Assembly: GCA_963799845.1 (NCBI GenBank)
Contig: CAWCYI010000004.1
Coordinates: 1,568,001-1,632,000 of the forward strand
Direction of reading: 5' to 3'
DNA from: an uncultured Nitrososphaerota archaeon
GTDB taxonomy: Archaea > Thermoproteota > Nitrososphaeria > Nitrososphaerales > CADDZS01
DNA: 64,000 nt
Part shown: in pieces, positions 9,071-18,538 of the stretch
How the letters are laid out: each line of letters opens with the position of its first letter
Numbering within the stretch: the first letter of the stretch is position 1
The notes under the pieces: generated by a model
Database searches by the model: none
What the model saw: the letters and a program-made list of their open reading frames with translations, nothing else
What the model was told of the DNA's origin: nothing
Position numbers and translations under genes: made by a program

Positions 9071-9889
9071 TTGAGCAAGCTAGCATGCTCCATTCTGCAC
9101 TACGACATCGTCAGGTACGTGTATGAGGATGCGATAGAGAACATCGCCAAACTCGGGTACGGGGGAGTCGAACTGCACCTGCCGCCTCCACCCCACCAGA
9201 ACGAGAAAGCCCCGGTTCGCAAGTTGTTAAGGCGCCTCGAGTTGGAACCCGCTTCGGTCAGCTGTCAGAGGTGGGAGTGGGCAAGCAAGAATCCTGACAG
9301 GACCAAGGAGACGATAGCAGCTTTCAAACAAACTGTCCTTCTCGCAGAATATCTGGAAGCCGGTAGGGTGTTGACAGAAACTGGGGCGATACCGAAGAGC
9401 ATGGCTTCCAGGCGGGCCTTCAAGATGGCCGCGGAAAATATTGCGCTCGCTTGCGACTATGCTTCTGATCATGGAATCAAAATCGTCCTTCTTGAATCCG
9501 TTCCTCCGCCGTTCAACTACGTCGTCGACAACTCGAAAAAGTTCCTTGATTTCAGAAAACTGTGTGGAGCAAGCAATCTGTTTGCAAACGTCGACGCGAG
9601 CAATTACCTGATGTCGGGAGAGGACCCCTCCAAAGTTCTGGAGTCGCTTGGCTCTCTCGTGAAAGGGATCCACATCAAGGACGGAACACGCATTGGCGGG
9701 CAGTGGACTCCGATCGGCGAAGGCGAGGTGAACTGGCACGATTTCTTGAGTTCGGCGAAAAATATCGGATATGACGACTGGCTCGTGGTCGAGTACGAAG
9801 GTGGCCTCACTGGAAAATACTATGCAGACCCCGAAAAGGCGTCGCGTGATTCGATAAAGTATCTCAGGAAGATTCTGCGAAAAAACTAG
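9071..9889 (+). CDS. sugar phosphate isomerase/epimerase (xylose isomerase-like TIM barrel)
   Basis: GY.GVEL, LLE, NVD..N, IHIKD, GEGEVNW and GY...LVVE metal-ligand pattern. Divergent from the dehydrogenase. Confidence 0.85.
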   Translation: MSKLACSILHYDIVRYVYEDAIENIAKLGYGGVELHLPPPPHQNEKAPVRKLLRRLELEPASVSCQRWEWASKNPDRTKETIAAFKQTVLLAEYLEAGRVLTETGAIPKSMASRRAFKMAAENIALACDYASDHGIKIVLLESVPPPFNYVVDNSKKFLDFRKLCGASNLFANVDASNYLMSGEDPSKVLESLGSLVKGIHIKDGTRIGGQWTPIGEGEVNWHDFLSSAKNIGYDDWLVVEYEGGLTGKYYADPEKASRDSIKYLRKILRKN

Positions 9890-10165
9890 AAACTTTCAGT
9901 GCGTTGTTCAGAGCAGTGCTCTGTTCTTACTAATTTTGAATAAGTAAAGAGAAAGACAATTTCAGATATGGTTCTTAATCGCGTACGCTGTTACATCTAT
10001 AAACCATATTTCTAATTAGCAAATGTTTGTTAGCTTCTATGAAATAGGCTTTATGTTAACACTGCAGAGAACGATCTCATCTACTAAAACGAAAAGTTAG
10101 GCAAGAAGATGTCACCATGGCGATCAAGTGGGCGAGACGAGAATAATTTCCAAAAATTATAGTTT

Positions 10166-10633
10166 TCAGGATGTTGATCTGCGGATCTTTTCGCGGTAAT
10201 CGTCTTCAAGCGCTCGTGTGAATACCTTCATCTCGCTAACAAATACGTGCTTGACAAACGGCTTCACTACCGGCGAGAAAATCTTCGTCAAGAATCCCTT
10301 CGGCTCGATCCGCGTACGATAGGAAAGCAACGTCGTCCCGTCCTTTTCCGATATCAAAGAATATTCCGATCTCGCCCGGGCATCCTTCCCGTCGTATTCC
10401 GAGATCCATCTATCAGGTCTCTCCAGCGTGACTTTCACATCGAACGTCATCCTCTTGAAGTACATCTCCTCCTCGTCTCGAAGCACTATCAAGTTAGGCG
10501 TCCTTGAAATGATCTGCCTGTTCTTCAGCGGTTTCACGAGTCGAGAGTCCTCGGGCGATAAATCCGTCCACCAGTCAAACACAAACTCCCTGTCGGCGCT
10601 GATAGAACGCGTAAGAGAGATCTCGAATGCCAA
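10166..10633 (-). CDS. SRPBCC/START-fold protein
   Basis: I.ADREFVFDWWTD and the GTTLL.Y strand with a C-terminal helix; 155 aa. Confidence 0.65.
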   Translation of the reverse strand: MAFEISLTRSISADREFVFDWWTDLSPEDSRLVKPLKNRQIISRTPNLIVLRDEEEMYFKRMTFDVKVTLERPDRWISEYDGKDARARSEYSLISEKDGTTLLSYRTRIEPKGFLTKIFSPVVKPFVKHVFVSEMKVFTRALEDDYREKIRRSTS

Positions 10634-10685
10634 AACCTTCTCTCCCTATTCTGTAAATAAACCCAGAGTGTACTTCAATTGGGCA

Positions 10686-11687
10686 TCATTGAGGAGGAAC
10701 GATTGATGCGTCGACACTCATCGATCCTGTCCCGACCGACAGACTTACTTCAAACGAAGCAATCGAGCTTTCATCCGCCGCTGCTGTGAGCTGGCCGTTG
10801 GATGAATGCGATATAGTAAATCCCTGAAGATTTCTCGATATCGTTCCAAATCCGTTCGAGGCGCTGAGGCCGACCCCTACATTACTCGGTATCATCGCGT
10901 TAAAATCGACGCTGCCAGTCCCTGTCGATACGGTAATTGGAATGTGCACCCCATTGGTTGAAAGATAATTCGAATTGAAATTCACACTGCCCGTGCCTCC
11001 CTGCAGGTTGAGGTAGGAAATGCTCAGCGTGTCGATCCGCGCGTTGATGCTCCCCGTTCCCGTTGAAATCGAAACGGCTCCAAATTTTTGCCCCAAAGAT
11101 GTGGAAACTATACTGACACTTCCAGTGTCGGCAGTCGCATTCAGGTCTACGAGGTAACCGGAACCCAGCGTTATCGTGATATCTGTGACGGAGGAGCTGG
11201 CGTTTAGGAAGAACACCCCACCACGCGTGAAGTTCGAGAACGATGTCGATTGGTTTACCAGCGGGATTGAGAACGGGAATGCGATCGTCCTCCCGAAAAC
11301 CACTTGATAGGCGAGGTCTGCGTTGTTGGAGAATCTCAGCGTGATACTCCCGAAGCTCGTGGTTGCATCGATTGCGATATGCGATGTGACTACCTGCGTC
11401 TTTGTTGCAGAGTAAGTGTGCTCCGCTCCCGTAGCAAAATTGTAACTGCTAGCAACTCCGGCAAGAACTATGAGGCTTATGATAAAGAGCGCGATATCCC
11501 CGGCCCTTGCTCTATGCCCTAACAGTCCGAACAAAACGACTGCGGCACCCGCCGCAATGAATAGCAGAGCGAAGGAGAATCCAAGGTTAACTTGGAAGTA
11601 GAATAGAAGGCCGGCCGCTACGAAGACAAGTCCGGCGAAGAGCCGGAGAATAGGGAAGGACGATCCGGCGGATGAATCAGAGGTCAA
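10686..11687 (-). CDS. membrane protein with DUF4097/Toastrack-like beta-repeat domain
   Basis: Three N-terminal TM helices followed by repeated T/S-G-T-G-S-V/I units (TSFGSI, DTGSV, TGTGSI, GGTGSV, TGTGSV, GFGTI, GTGSM). Confidence 0.65.
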   Translation of the reverse strand: MTSDSSAGSSFPILRLFAGLVFVAAGLLFYFQVNLGFSFALLFIAAGAAVVLFGLLGHRARAGDIALFIISLIVLAGVASSYNFATGAEHTYSATKTQVVTSHIAIDATTSFGSITLRFSNNADLAYQVVFGRTIAFPFSIPLVNQSTSFSNFTRGGVFFLNASSSVTDITITLGSGYLVDLNATADTGSVSIVSTSLGQKFGAVSISTGTGSINARIDTLSISYLNLQGGTGSVNFNSNYLSTNGVHIPITVSTGTGSVDFNAMIPSNVGVGLSASNGFGTISRNLQGFTISHSSNGQLTAAADESSIASFEVSLSVGTGSMSVDASIVPPQ

Positions 11688-11832
11688 AGTCGATCTTCAT
11701 CCCTTCTTTCCAAACGCGTGTCACTTATTGGTTTATTGCGAAATCTTTACCGTCCTATTAATGTGAGGATACAATTCCCACGCATGAAGATCGCTTGCAT
11801 GCTTTAAATCACAGCTCCCGCAAACAATTCCC

Positions 11833-12426
11833 GTGTCGAGCCCCACCAAGTATTGCTATAACTGCGGATCGGAGCTGCCTCCGGGCGCGACTTTCTGCCC
11901 CAAATGCGGCACTTCAGTTTATGTTTCACCGCCTCCTTCTGCCAGCACACCCCCTCCATCTACCGGCGCACCGCCCCCGTCCTACTACGACAGCAGAGAT
12001 TACAGGAGGCAACGCAGAAGGCAGGAAAAGCAAGAGAAGCAGGAGAAAAATGAGAAACATGAGAAGGGAGAAAAGGGAGAGAAGGGCGGCGGCGGGATCA
12101 TCGGGGCGATCATTGGCGGAGCTATTCTAATCTGGATCGGCATCACCTTCTATCTGCAGCAGTTTGGATATTTTATCGGCAACTGGTGGGCGTTTTTGAT
12201 CGTCGGCATCGGTCTCATTCTGATCGTTCAGGGCATCCTCCTCTACTCGCGGCACAAGAGAGTAATTATCGGACCCCTCATCGGCGGTGGCATCCTATTC
12301 CTGGTCGGGTTGAGTTTCCTTTACAATTTTCTGGGATTCATCTGGCCGCTGATTCTCGTTGTTGTTGGTTTGGCCATCTTAGCCTCCGCGCTAACCGCCA
12401 GGAGACGAACGCCAAACCCGGTCTAG
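11833..12426 (+). CDS. zinc-ribbon membrane protein (LiaI/LiaF-TM-like C-terminus)
   Basis: CYNCG...FCPKCG zinc ribbon, Pro-rich linker, xEK repeats and four TM helices with WWAF/WPLIL motifs. Confidence 0.75.
   Translation: MSSPTKYCYNCGSELPPGATFCPKCGTSVYVSPPPSASTPPPSTGAPPPSYYDSRDYRRQRRRQEKQEKQEKNEKHEKGEKGEKGGGGIIGAIIGGAILIWIGITFYLQQFGYFIGNWWAFLIVGIGLILIVQGILLYSRHKRVIIGPLIGGGILFLVGLSFLYNFLGFIWPLILVVVGLAILASALTARRRTPNPV
12022..12084 (+). repeat. imperfect 9-bp coding tandem repeat, 7 units (xEK)
   Basis: CAGGAAAAG CAAGAGAAG CAGGAGAAA AATGAGAAA CATGAGAAG GGAGAAAAG GGAGAGAAG encodes QEKQEKQEKNEKHEKGEKGEK. Confidence 0.85.
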
Positions 12427-13566
12427 CGCCTTCCCGTGAACGCGTTGTAAAGAGAATGCTCCAGTACGGTTTGAAATTTGTCCCTGCCGAACACGCGAAA
12501 GTAGCCTCTTCCGAGTGATTCGACGAGGTCTCCGATTTCATACCGGGGGAAGAGAACGGACGACACGACGAGCCTCCCCCACTCATTCTTGCGCAATTCG
12601 TGTAGCAGTTTGATCTTGTTTCCCACCCTGACCTCGAACAGGTAGATATCATAATTGGGGCACACGTATGGATTTTCATCCAGCTGCTGCGCAAATACTC
12701 CTTCAGTTGCGGTATACATCTCCACCACCGGGGCGGCTCCGAAAAAATATTTCAACTCGGGGGCATACTTCGTCTGTATCTTCGCAACGCTCGTGCAAAA
12801 CAGCGCATCCATCTTCCACACGTTCTTGGGGAGCACGTGGTATTTTTTCCTGACAAATCGGACAAACTCGAGTAAAACTGGAGTCACTCCCATCACACAA
12901 CCGATGTCCCCGCCGCTTGCCCTCTCGTAGACGAGTTCAAACCTCCTCTCCCAGTCTTTCCTTGTTATCCCCGCGCCCAGCGAGTCGATCTCCTCCTGCC
13001 TCGGGACGAGGTTCGCCGCATCCAGCGACGGATGGAGTCTCGCATACGTGCCGGAACTGTAACCGTACCTTTGCTCACCTGAGGGAGAGGAGATGACGGA
13101 GACGTCTGACGGAAAATTCAGGTTGAGCACGTCCCGCTTGATAATTCGAATGTCGTTTTTGAGGGCAAAATTGACTATCGCCCTAGCTCCAGCGAAAAGT
13201 ATCTGGGAGAGGTGCGTTTCGTTGGTAGGGATGACCTTGGATCGCCCCGTCAGTACCCCGGGTCATCACCCAGGTTGCGACCGGTTCGGGGAACAGGCAT
13301 TCGAATCCTCTCTTCCCGCTCTGGATATCATCAAAGTACGGTTTTAGAGATCCGTAATTTGATACCGGGAACCTTGATTGAAAATCGCTTATCGAGCTGA
13401 CAGATTCCACGCCAAACTTCTTCCCATACTCAGTCTGAGCGTATCTTTCGATCAAGTAGTCAAGTGTATCAGTCTGCGCCTTGCTTGGATCTCGAAGGGA
13501 AGCGTACCACGGGTCAACGAAACTTTTCAGAGCAGATGAAAGCTCCAGAGAGTCCAAATTCAACAC
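12423..13566 (-). CDS. GH3-family acyl-adenylate-forming protein (one frameshift near 13252)
   Basis: ORFs 13183-13566 and 12423-13130 join if one base is removed at about 13252, restoring TRGTTGRSK. Also contains TEYGKK, EMYTATEG and RYEIGDLV. Confidence 0.8.
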
Positions 13567-13706
13567 AGTAGAACTTCGAGTTCTTTCTGGCTATGATATT
13601 TGCTTTCTTTCGGATTGAGAACGAATTTGATCGCCTCAAAAAATCATACATCGAAAACTAGGTAATTATTTGTTGTGGCGATAAATTGTCGTGATGTTCA
13701 GATTTC

Positions 13707-13958
13707 CTAATTACCCCAGCCTCGCCACTTGCCTCTTGGGAGCAACCAGACAATCCACATCAATCCGATCACCAGGCCAGTAATCGCCAGTGAAACTACT
13801 GTTACAATAACATTCTGAAACAGACTGAACCCCTTCGACCAGAAGAGCGCGTAGAGCAGGATGAAGACCAGCCATCCAATTACACCAACGATCGATACGA
13901 TAATTGATGCCACCGGAGGACCTTGCGCAGTTTTATCAGTCAAAGTTTGATCCGTCAA
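13707..13958 (-). CDS. small two-TM membrane protein
   Basis: 83 aa with two hydrophobic helices flanking FSLFQN. Confidence 0.7.
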   Translation of the reverse strand: MTDQTLTDKTAQGPPVASIIVSIVGVIGWLVFILLYALFWSKGFSLFQNVIVTVVSLAITGLVIGLMWIVWLLPRGKWRGWGN

Positions 13959-14110
13959 ATCAAATCATCCGAAATGTATGGATGCGACCACCCCTCTTTT
14001 AAGATGCGAATACGATTCCCAAGAATGAGAACATCCGTAATCTCCCACTCAGAGAGCAGGATTCATAATCGTCTAGACGAGGTCGGAAGGAAGAACTATC
14101 TGATCGCTTT

Positions 14111-14698
14111 CTACTCTTCCTGAAATTCCTGCTTTTCTTCGAGCTCTAGGTAGAGAGTTTCTTTGTGCATGATATCAATGTGGGCGAGGAGTTCTTTTCT
14201 GGTTCGAAAGTTGGAATTACAGTACGGACACTGGTGTCCCTTCAGCGACTCGACTATCGGAAGCGGGGATGAACGCCTTCTTCTGTTTCCGATGATTTGA
14301 GACTGCGTGAGGGTTCCGACAAAAACACCGTCCTCCATCACCGCTAGTCTCCTCATACCGCGGTTGATCATTATTCGCAACGCGTCTTGGATGTCGGCAT
14401 CAGAGTTGATTTTAACGAGCGGTGAAGACATCACTTCCCTGACCCTAGTTCTTGCGACGTCTCGCCCCGCAGCAAGGACCCTTGCGAGCAGGTCCCACTC
14501 CGTCAAGATGCCGATCGGATCGCCGCCGGTTTCGGCAACAATCACGCTTCCCACCTGCTTGTCACGCATTAATTTTGCCGCATCGCGAACGGCATCGTCC
14601 GCATAAACGATCACCGAAGGCTGGACAAATTTGGAAACCGGAAAACGTTGAGTGGAGACCTTTGTTTTCTTCTTCGGCGATTTGTTTCGGACTACCAA
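14111..14698 (-). CDS. CBS-pair protein with C-terminal C2H2 zinc finger
   Basis: Tandem CBS motifs (AAKLM...VGSVIV...GILTEWD; VREVMS.P...MRRLAV...GTLT) followed by CPYC-x12-H-x4-H. Confidence 0.85.
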   Translation of the reverse strand: MVVRNKSPKKKTKVSTQRFPVSKFVQPSVIVYADDAVRDAAKLMRDKQVGSVIVAETGGDPIGILTEWDLLARVLAAGRDVARTRVREVMSSPLVKINSDADIQDALRIMINRGMRRLAVMEDGVFVGTLTQSQIIGNRRRRSSPLPIVESLKGHQCPYCNSNFRTRKELLAHIDIMHKETLYLELEEKQEFQEE

Positions 14699-14814
14699 TT
14701 CAGATCTATAACGTCTTGTCCATTGAATTATTTAACAAAGATAGACGTTTATCATAATTGATAAGAGGACTGTAGAGAAGAACTTGTACATCGTGTAGGT
14801 ATAGGCATCCTAAC

Positions 14815-14839
14815 CAGGATTCATAACATTAGAATCCTG
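14815..14839. terminator. inverted repeat just downstream of the AAA-Lon gene
   Basis: CAGGATTC-ataacatta-GAATCCTG, an 8-bp perfect stem about 25 nt past the stop codon at 14863. Confidence 0.35.
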
Positions 14840-14862
14840 TCGCTGTGAAAGTCGAGTGGCTG

Positions 14863-17625
14863 CTACGAGACGGGCAGATTACCGGCTTCGAGGAACTTTG
14901 CAGCCTGCTCTTTGAGCTTCCTGATCGCTGCGTCCTTCTCGGGATGTGAAACCAGTGCAATCTTCGCTACGTCCCAGAAATCTCTGGCCGGCACTATCTT
15001 CAGGCCCTGCTTTTCAAAGAACGCCTTGTCTTCGGTGCTCACTCCTGAAAAGTTCGCCTCCGGTATGATTATCGTGTCGACTCCATCGGTGTTTAACGCT
15101 GCGACGAACTTGCCCATCCCCTTAAAGTCGAGACCTCCGACCTGAACGAGCTCGCCCTTTGGAGTCACTCCCCCCGTAATCACTACGTTCGGAAGTACTT
15201 TCTCCTTCGCGGCCACAGAGTACTGAGCAAGGGTGATTGCGGCTCCGGCGCTGGGTCCCTGGATCACCTGCGTGTCGAGACCCTTGGCAAACGTGATAAA
15301 GTCAAGGAAGAACTCGTGGTTTCGCATCGACCAGTCGCACTCCTCGTTCAAGAATACTCTTGCGTGCTCGGCACTCGCCCGGACAGATTTCGCGATTTCG
15401 CTTCCGATGACAAGAGATCTCCCTCTCTTTCCATACGGGTTGCACACGCATTCGATTACCGCGACGGTTCCCTCCGAGGCCATCCCGCCACTCCCGGTGC
15501 TAGCCAGAGCGGCCAGACCGTAGACCTTTCCCACTGCCGGAACCGGGTTTGGACCCCTTAGGGCGGAAGCGATCTTCTGGATCTCCTCGACCGATTCATC
15601 CCTCATTGAGGCGACCGCCGCCTGAAAGTGCGAAATCGTAAGCTTATACGATTCGGGGGTGATATCTTTCAGATTGTCGAAATTCTGCGGGGCAAGGGGT
15701 GACTGCGGCGCGAACCCGAGGTTTGCCCTGACCCTCGTCAAATCATCTTCGTAGATCTTCCGCAGTTTATTGAGCTGAGTTCCATCATCTGAAGGAACGT
15801 GCGAAATCTTGTAAGCCGCATTGAGCTCCTTGAGCCGAAGCTCAATCGCGTCGCTGATCACCCTTTCGATTTTTGCAGGAGTGAATGTCCGCTTTCCAAA
15901 TAGCTCCAGTATTTTTTCCTCGGTAACGGAGGCATCGATGAACGACCTGCACTTGTTGAGGTGCACCTTAATTATCTCGAGTCTTTCGGTATCATTTCGT
16001 GGAGGCGGTACCTCCACGATTCTGTCAAATCGACCCGCGCGGAGAAACGCCTCATCGACGAGCTGCAGCTTGTTCGTGGTTCCTATTACGACGACGCCTT
16101 CGAGGGGTTTCAATCCACCCATCTCGGAGAGGAGGGTTGTCACCGCGCCCAGGCTTCCGCCCAACTCCCTTTTCAGTGTCAGAGCGTCAAGCTCATCGAT
16201 TATGATGATCGACGGCGCGTTCTTTCGCGCTTCATCGAAGATGTCGATGATGATTTTCTCGGTCTGACCATGATACGGCTTTACTATCTGCGCGCCGCGG
16301 ATCATGTACATCGTAGCTTGCAGCTCGCCGCCGATTGCCTGCACCAGCCACGTCTTGCCGGTTCCCGGATGTCCATGGAGAAGCACTCCCCTGATCGGAG
16401 TTGCACCGGCGCGCCTGGACATTTCCGGATTTAGCGAAACTTCGATATCTTTCAGGAGGTTTTCCTTGATTCCAGAAAGACCGCCGACGTCGTCCAGAGT
16501 AATCTTCGGCTTGATGCGCGTGACGATGTGACGCATTTCGTCGCTCCGCTTGTCCTCGTTGTATTCCTTGAGACGGCTTATCTCCCTGAAATCTTCCAGA
16601 GTAACGCTCAGCTTCGGACTCTCATCCTTGCCGAGGGCGCTCGAGAGTTTTTTCAGGTACGAAGACCTGACGAGCTTTGTCTTGTTCTCCATGACGATCT
16701 GGAACGCGTTCGAAATATCGGCGGGGGTGACAGTGCCGTGCCCCAGCGCGCGTACTTTCGCCTCGATTGTTTGCAGCACGCTGTTTGCGTCGAGGTTCAC
16801 CTGATACTTTTCGAGGTTCTTTCTCGTGATCTCTACCAGCGTCGGTCGATCAATTTCCGAATCGAGATCTATCGTCCCGGAACTGCCGCGACGCCTCACT
16901 GCCTCGATGACCGAACCGAATTCATTTGTTGCGAGTATCAATATGCATCTGCGATCCTGGTAGACCATTTCGTTGATCTTCTCCAGCAAGGTAGTTTGAA
17001 CGCCCCTGAACGCCTGAACGCCGCTGTCGGGAGCGCCGGATGAATCTCCCTGTTCCCTTGCGAGAGTCTGGGCTTCGTCTATGAACAGTATTGTGGGACG
17101 TTTGAAAGCTTCGTCAAAAACCTGCGCGATCTTTTTCTCGGACTCGCCGAGCCATTTGTCAAAAATCTTGTGGGGCGAAACGAGCTGCGCGTAGACCGGA
17201 ACTTCCTTTTCGGCTCCCTTGTTGTACGCCTCGACCATAACCGAGTGCACCAGCGAGGTTTTTCCCGTGCCAGAGGATCCTTTAACGATGAACACCTGCG
17301 GCGGTGCCGTGGGGCAGATTTTCCGAAAGCCCTCGTCCCTTACTACCCAGTACTGGGCGGCTGAAAGAATTTCATCTTTGACTTCGTTGTAACCGACATT
17401 ATTTTCGCACAGCTTGGAGAACGGGGCGACGGTCGAGTGCGCGTCTAGCATCTGCTGCCGGAGCATCTTCCTCGAAAGTTTCTTTTTGGACCTCGTGGAT
17501 TCGAGGTACCATTTTCTGTACTCCGAGTCGGACGCCATCAGAAGCGGATGGTACGCTGTCCTGAGTATCCTGGATTTCTTCCACCAGCTGTCGTCTTCCG
17601 AGTCTCTCGATGGTATTACGCTCAT
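14863..17625 (-). CDS. tandem classical AAA+ ATPase fused to a C-terminal Lon (S16) protease domain
   Basis: D1: GSSGTGKT, KWLGE, ILFIDE, ATN...RRR. D2: DDVGGL, GHPGTGKT, PYHG, IIIDELD, TTN....DEAFLRAGRFD. C-terminus: GKVYGLA, QGPSAGAAI, ITGGVTPKGELVQVGGLDFK, IIIPEAN. Confidence 0.92.
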   Translation of the reverse strand: MSVIPSRDSEDDSWWKKSRILRTAYHPLLMASDSEYRKWYLESTRSKKKLSRKMLRQQMLDAHSTVAPFSKLCENNVGYNEVKDEILSAAQYWVVRDEGFRKICPTAPPQVFIVKGSSGTGKTSLVHSVMVEAYNKGAEKEVPVYAQLVSPHKIFDKWLGESEKKIAQVFDEAFKRPTILFIDEAQTLAREQGDSSGAPDSGVQAFRGVQTTLLEKINEMVYQDRRCILILATNEFGSVIEAVRRRGSSGTIDLDSEIDRPTLVEITRKNLEKYQVNLDANSVLQTIEAKVRALGHGTVTPADISNAFQIVMENKTKLVRSSYLKKLSSALGKDESPKLSVTLEDFREISRLKEYNEDKRSDEMRHIVTRIKPKITLDDVGGLSGIKENLLKDIEVSLNPEMSRRAGATPIRGVLLHGHPGTGKTWLVQAIGGELQATMYMIRGAQIVKPYHGQTEKIIIDIFDEARKNAPSIIIIDELDALTLKRELGGSLGAVTTLLSEMGGLKPLEGVVVIGTTNKLQLVDEAFLRAGRFDRIVEVPPPRNDTERLEIIKVHLNKCRSFIDASVTEEKILELFGKRTFTPAKIERVISDAIELRLKELNAAYKISHVPSDDGTQLNKLRKIYEDDLTRVRANLGFAPQSPLAPQNFDNLKDITPESYKLTISHFQAAVASMRDESVEEIQKIASALRGPNPVPAVGKVYGLAALASTGSGGMASEGTVAVIECVCNPYGKRGRSLVIGSEIAKSVRASAEHARVFLNEECDWSMRNHEFFLDFITFAKGLDTQVIQGPSAGAAITLAQYSVAAKEKVLPNVVITGGVTPKGELVQVGGLDFKGMGKFVAALNTDGVDTIIIPEANFSGVSTEDKAFFEKQGLKIVPARDFWDVAKIALVSHPEKDAAIRKLKEQAAKFLEAGNLPVS

Positions 17626-17642
17626 TTCAAATTCACCAAATG

Positions 17643-18386
17643 CTACGGCTTTTGCCTTCTTGACCTGAACCCGAAGTAGGACTTGATGACTGCAAATCCC
17701 GCAAAATACGACACGATCACTACACCGACGAACAGGATTCCAACTTCAATCATAGCGATTATCGACAAAAAGAACAGCCCTCCGTAGACCAGTTTCTTGC
17801 TAAATTTCATGCCGGCAATCAGCAGCACGACCGAGAACACCGCAAAAATTGCAAGGAAGTCGGTCGCGTTGATTGTGATGCCTCCGAGGCTTATCCCCGT
17901 GAATCCGAAGAGAGGGTTCCAGCCAGAGGCCTCCGATACTGGTTGCGGGAGAACCGTAACTGCAATATCCAAGATCAGATTTCCCGTGCCCGTGACGTTC
18001 TTCATCCAGGAATCTGCAGGCGAGCTCAAAACGTCCATGTCAGCATAGTTCAGAGTCGAGGAAGAAACGTTCACGACCATCGAGTAATTCGCGGTTTGGA
18101 CCGGAGTGAACAGAAGATCGGCCCTAGTGCCCGATTTGTAGAGCCCGAGATCATACTGGCCACCGGTAAGGGAAAGCACACTAACGTTGGACGTCGCGGG
18201 GACTATAATCCTCAATACCTGCGAGGATGTGAGGTTGACGCTAATTACCGGTGATTCAGGCGGCAGGTAAGTACTCGAACTCCCGAATGCAAAATGAGCG
18301 GGCATTGAGGGAAAAACCAGCACTGCCCCAAAAATTAGTATCAGTGATGCAAAATTCCGGTTGTTTTTTGGAAAAATTGCGTTCAC
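17643..18386 (-). CDS. exported, membrane-anchored hypothetical protein
   Basis: Signal-like N-terminus (likely start GTG 18386; ORF track gives 18500), a beta-rich S/T/N-rich domain and C-terminal TM helices. Ends 17 nt before the AAA-Lon start. Confidence 0.7.
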   Translation of the reverse strand: MNAIFPKNNRNFASLILIFGAVLVFPSMPAHFAFGSSSTYLPPESPVISVNLTSSQVLRIIVPATSNVSVLSLTGGQYDLGLYKSGTRADLLFTPVQTANYSMVVNVSSSTLNYADMDVLSSPADSWMKNVTGTGNLILDIAVTVLPQPVSEASGWNPLFGFTGISLGGITINATDFLAIFAVFSVVLLIAGMKFSKKLVYGGLFFLSIIAMIEVGILFVGVVIVSYFAGFAVIKSYFGFRSRRQKP

Positions 18387-18538
18387 AGATGGAGCAGCAG
18401 TCTCACAACTCGCTATATCGAAATATATAGTTACTTCACTTTGAATCCAGATCTCAGCTCCGAATCGTTTCGCTGCCATCTTAATATAATTCAGATCCAA
18501 TTTTCGACCAGACCTTTCGCGAAGCTGGTTTCGTCAAC

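Noticed and set aside
15821-17043. Long antisense ORFs opposite the AAA-Lon gene (and similar ones such as 22081-22881)
   Set aside because: They are shadow ORFs of well-supported genes and have no motifs or protein-like composition.
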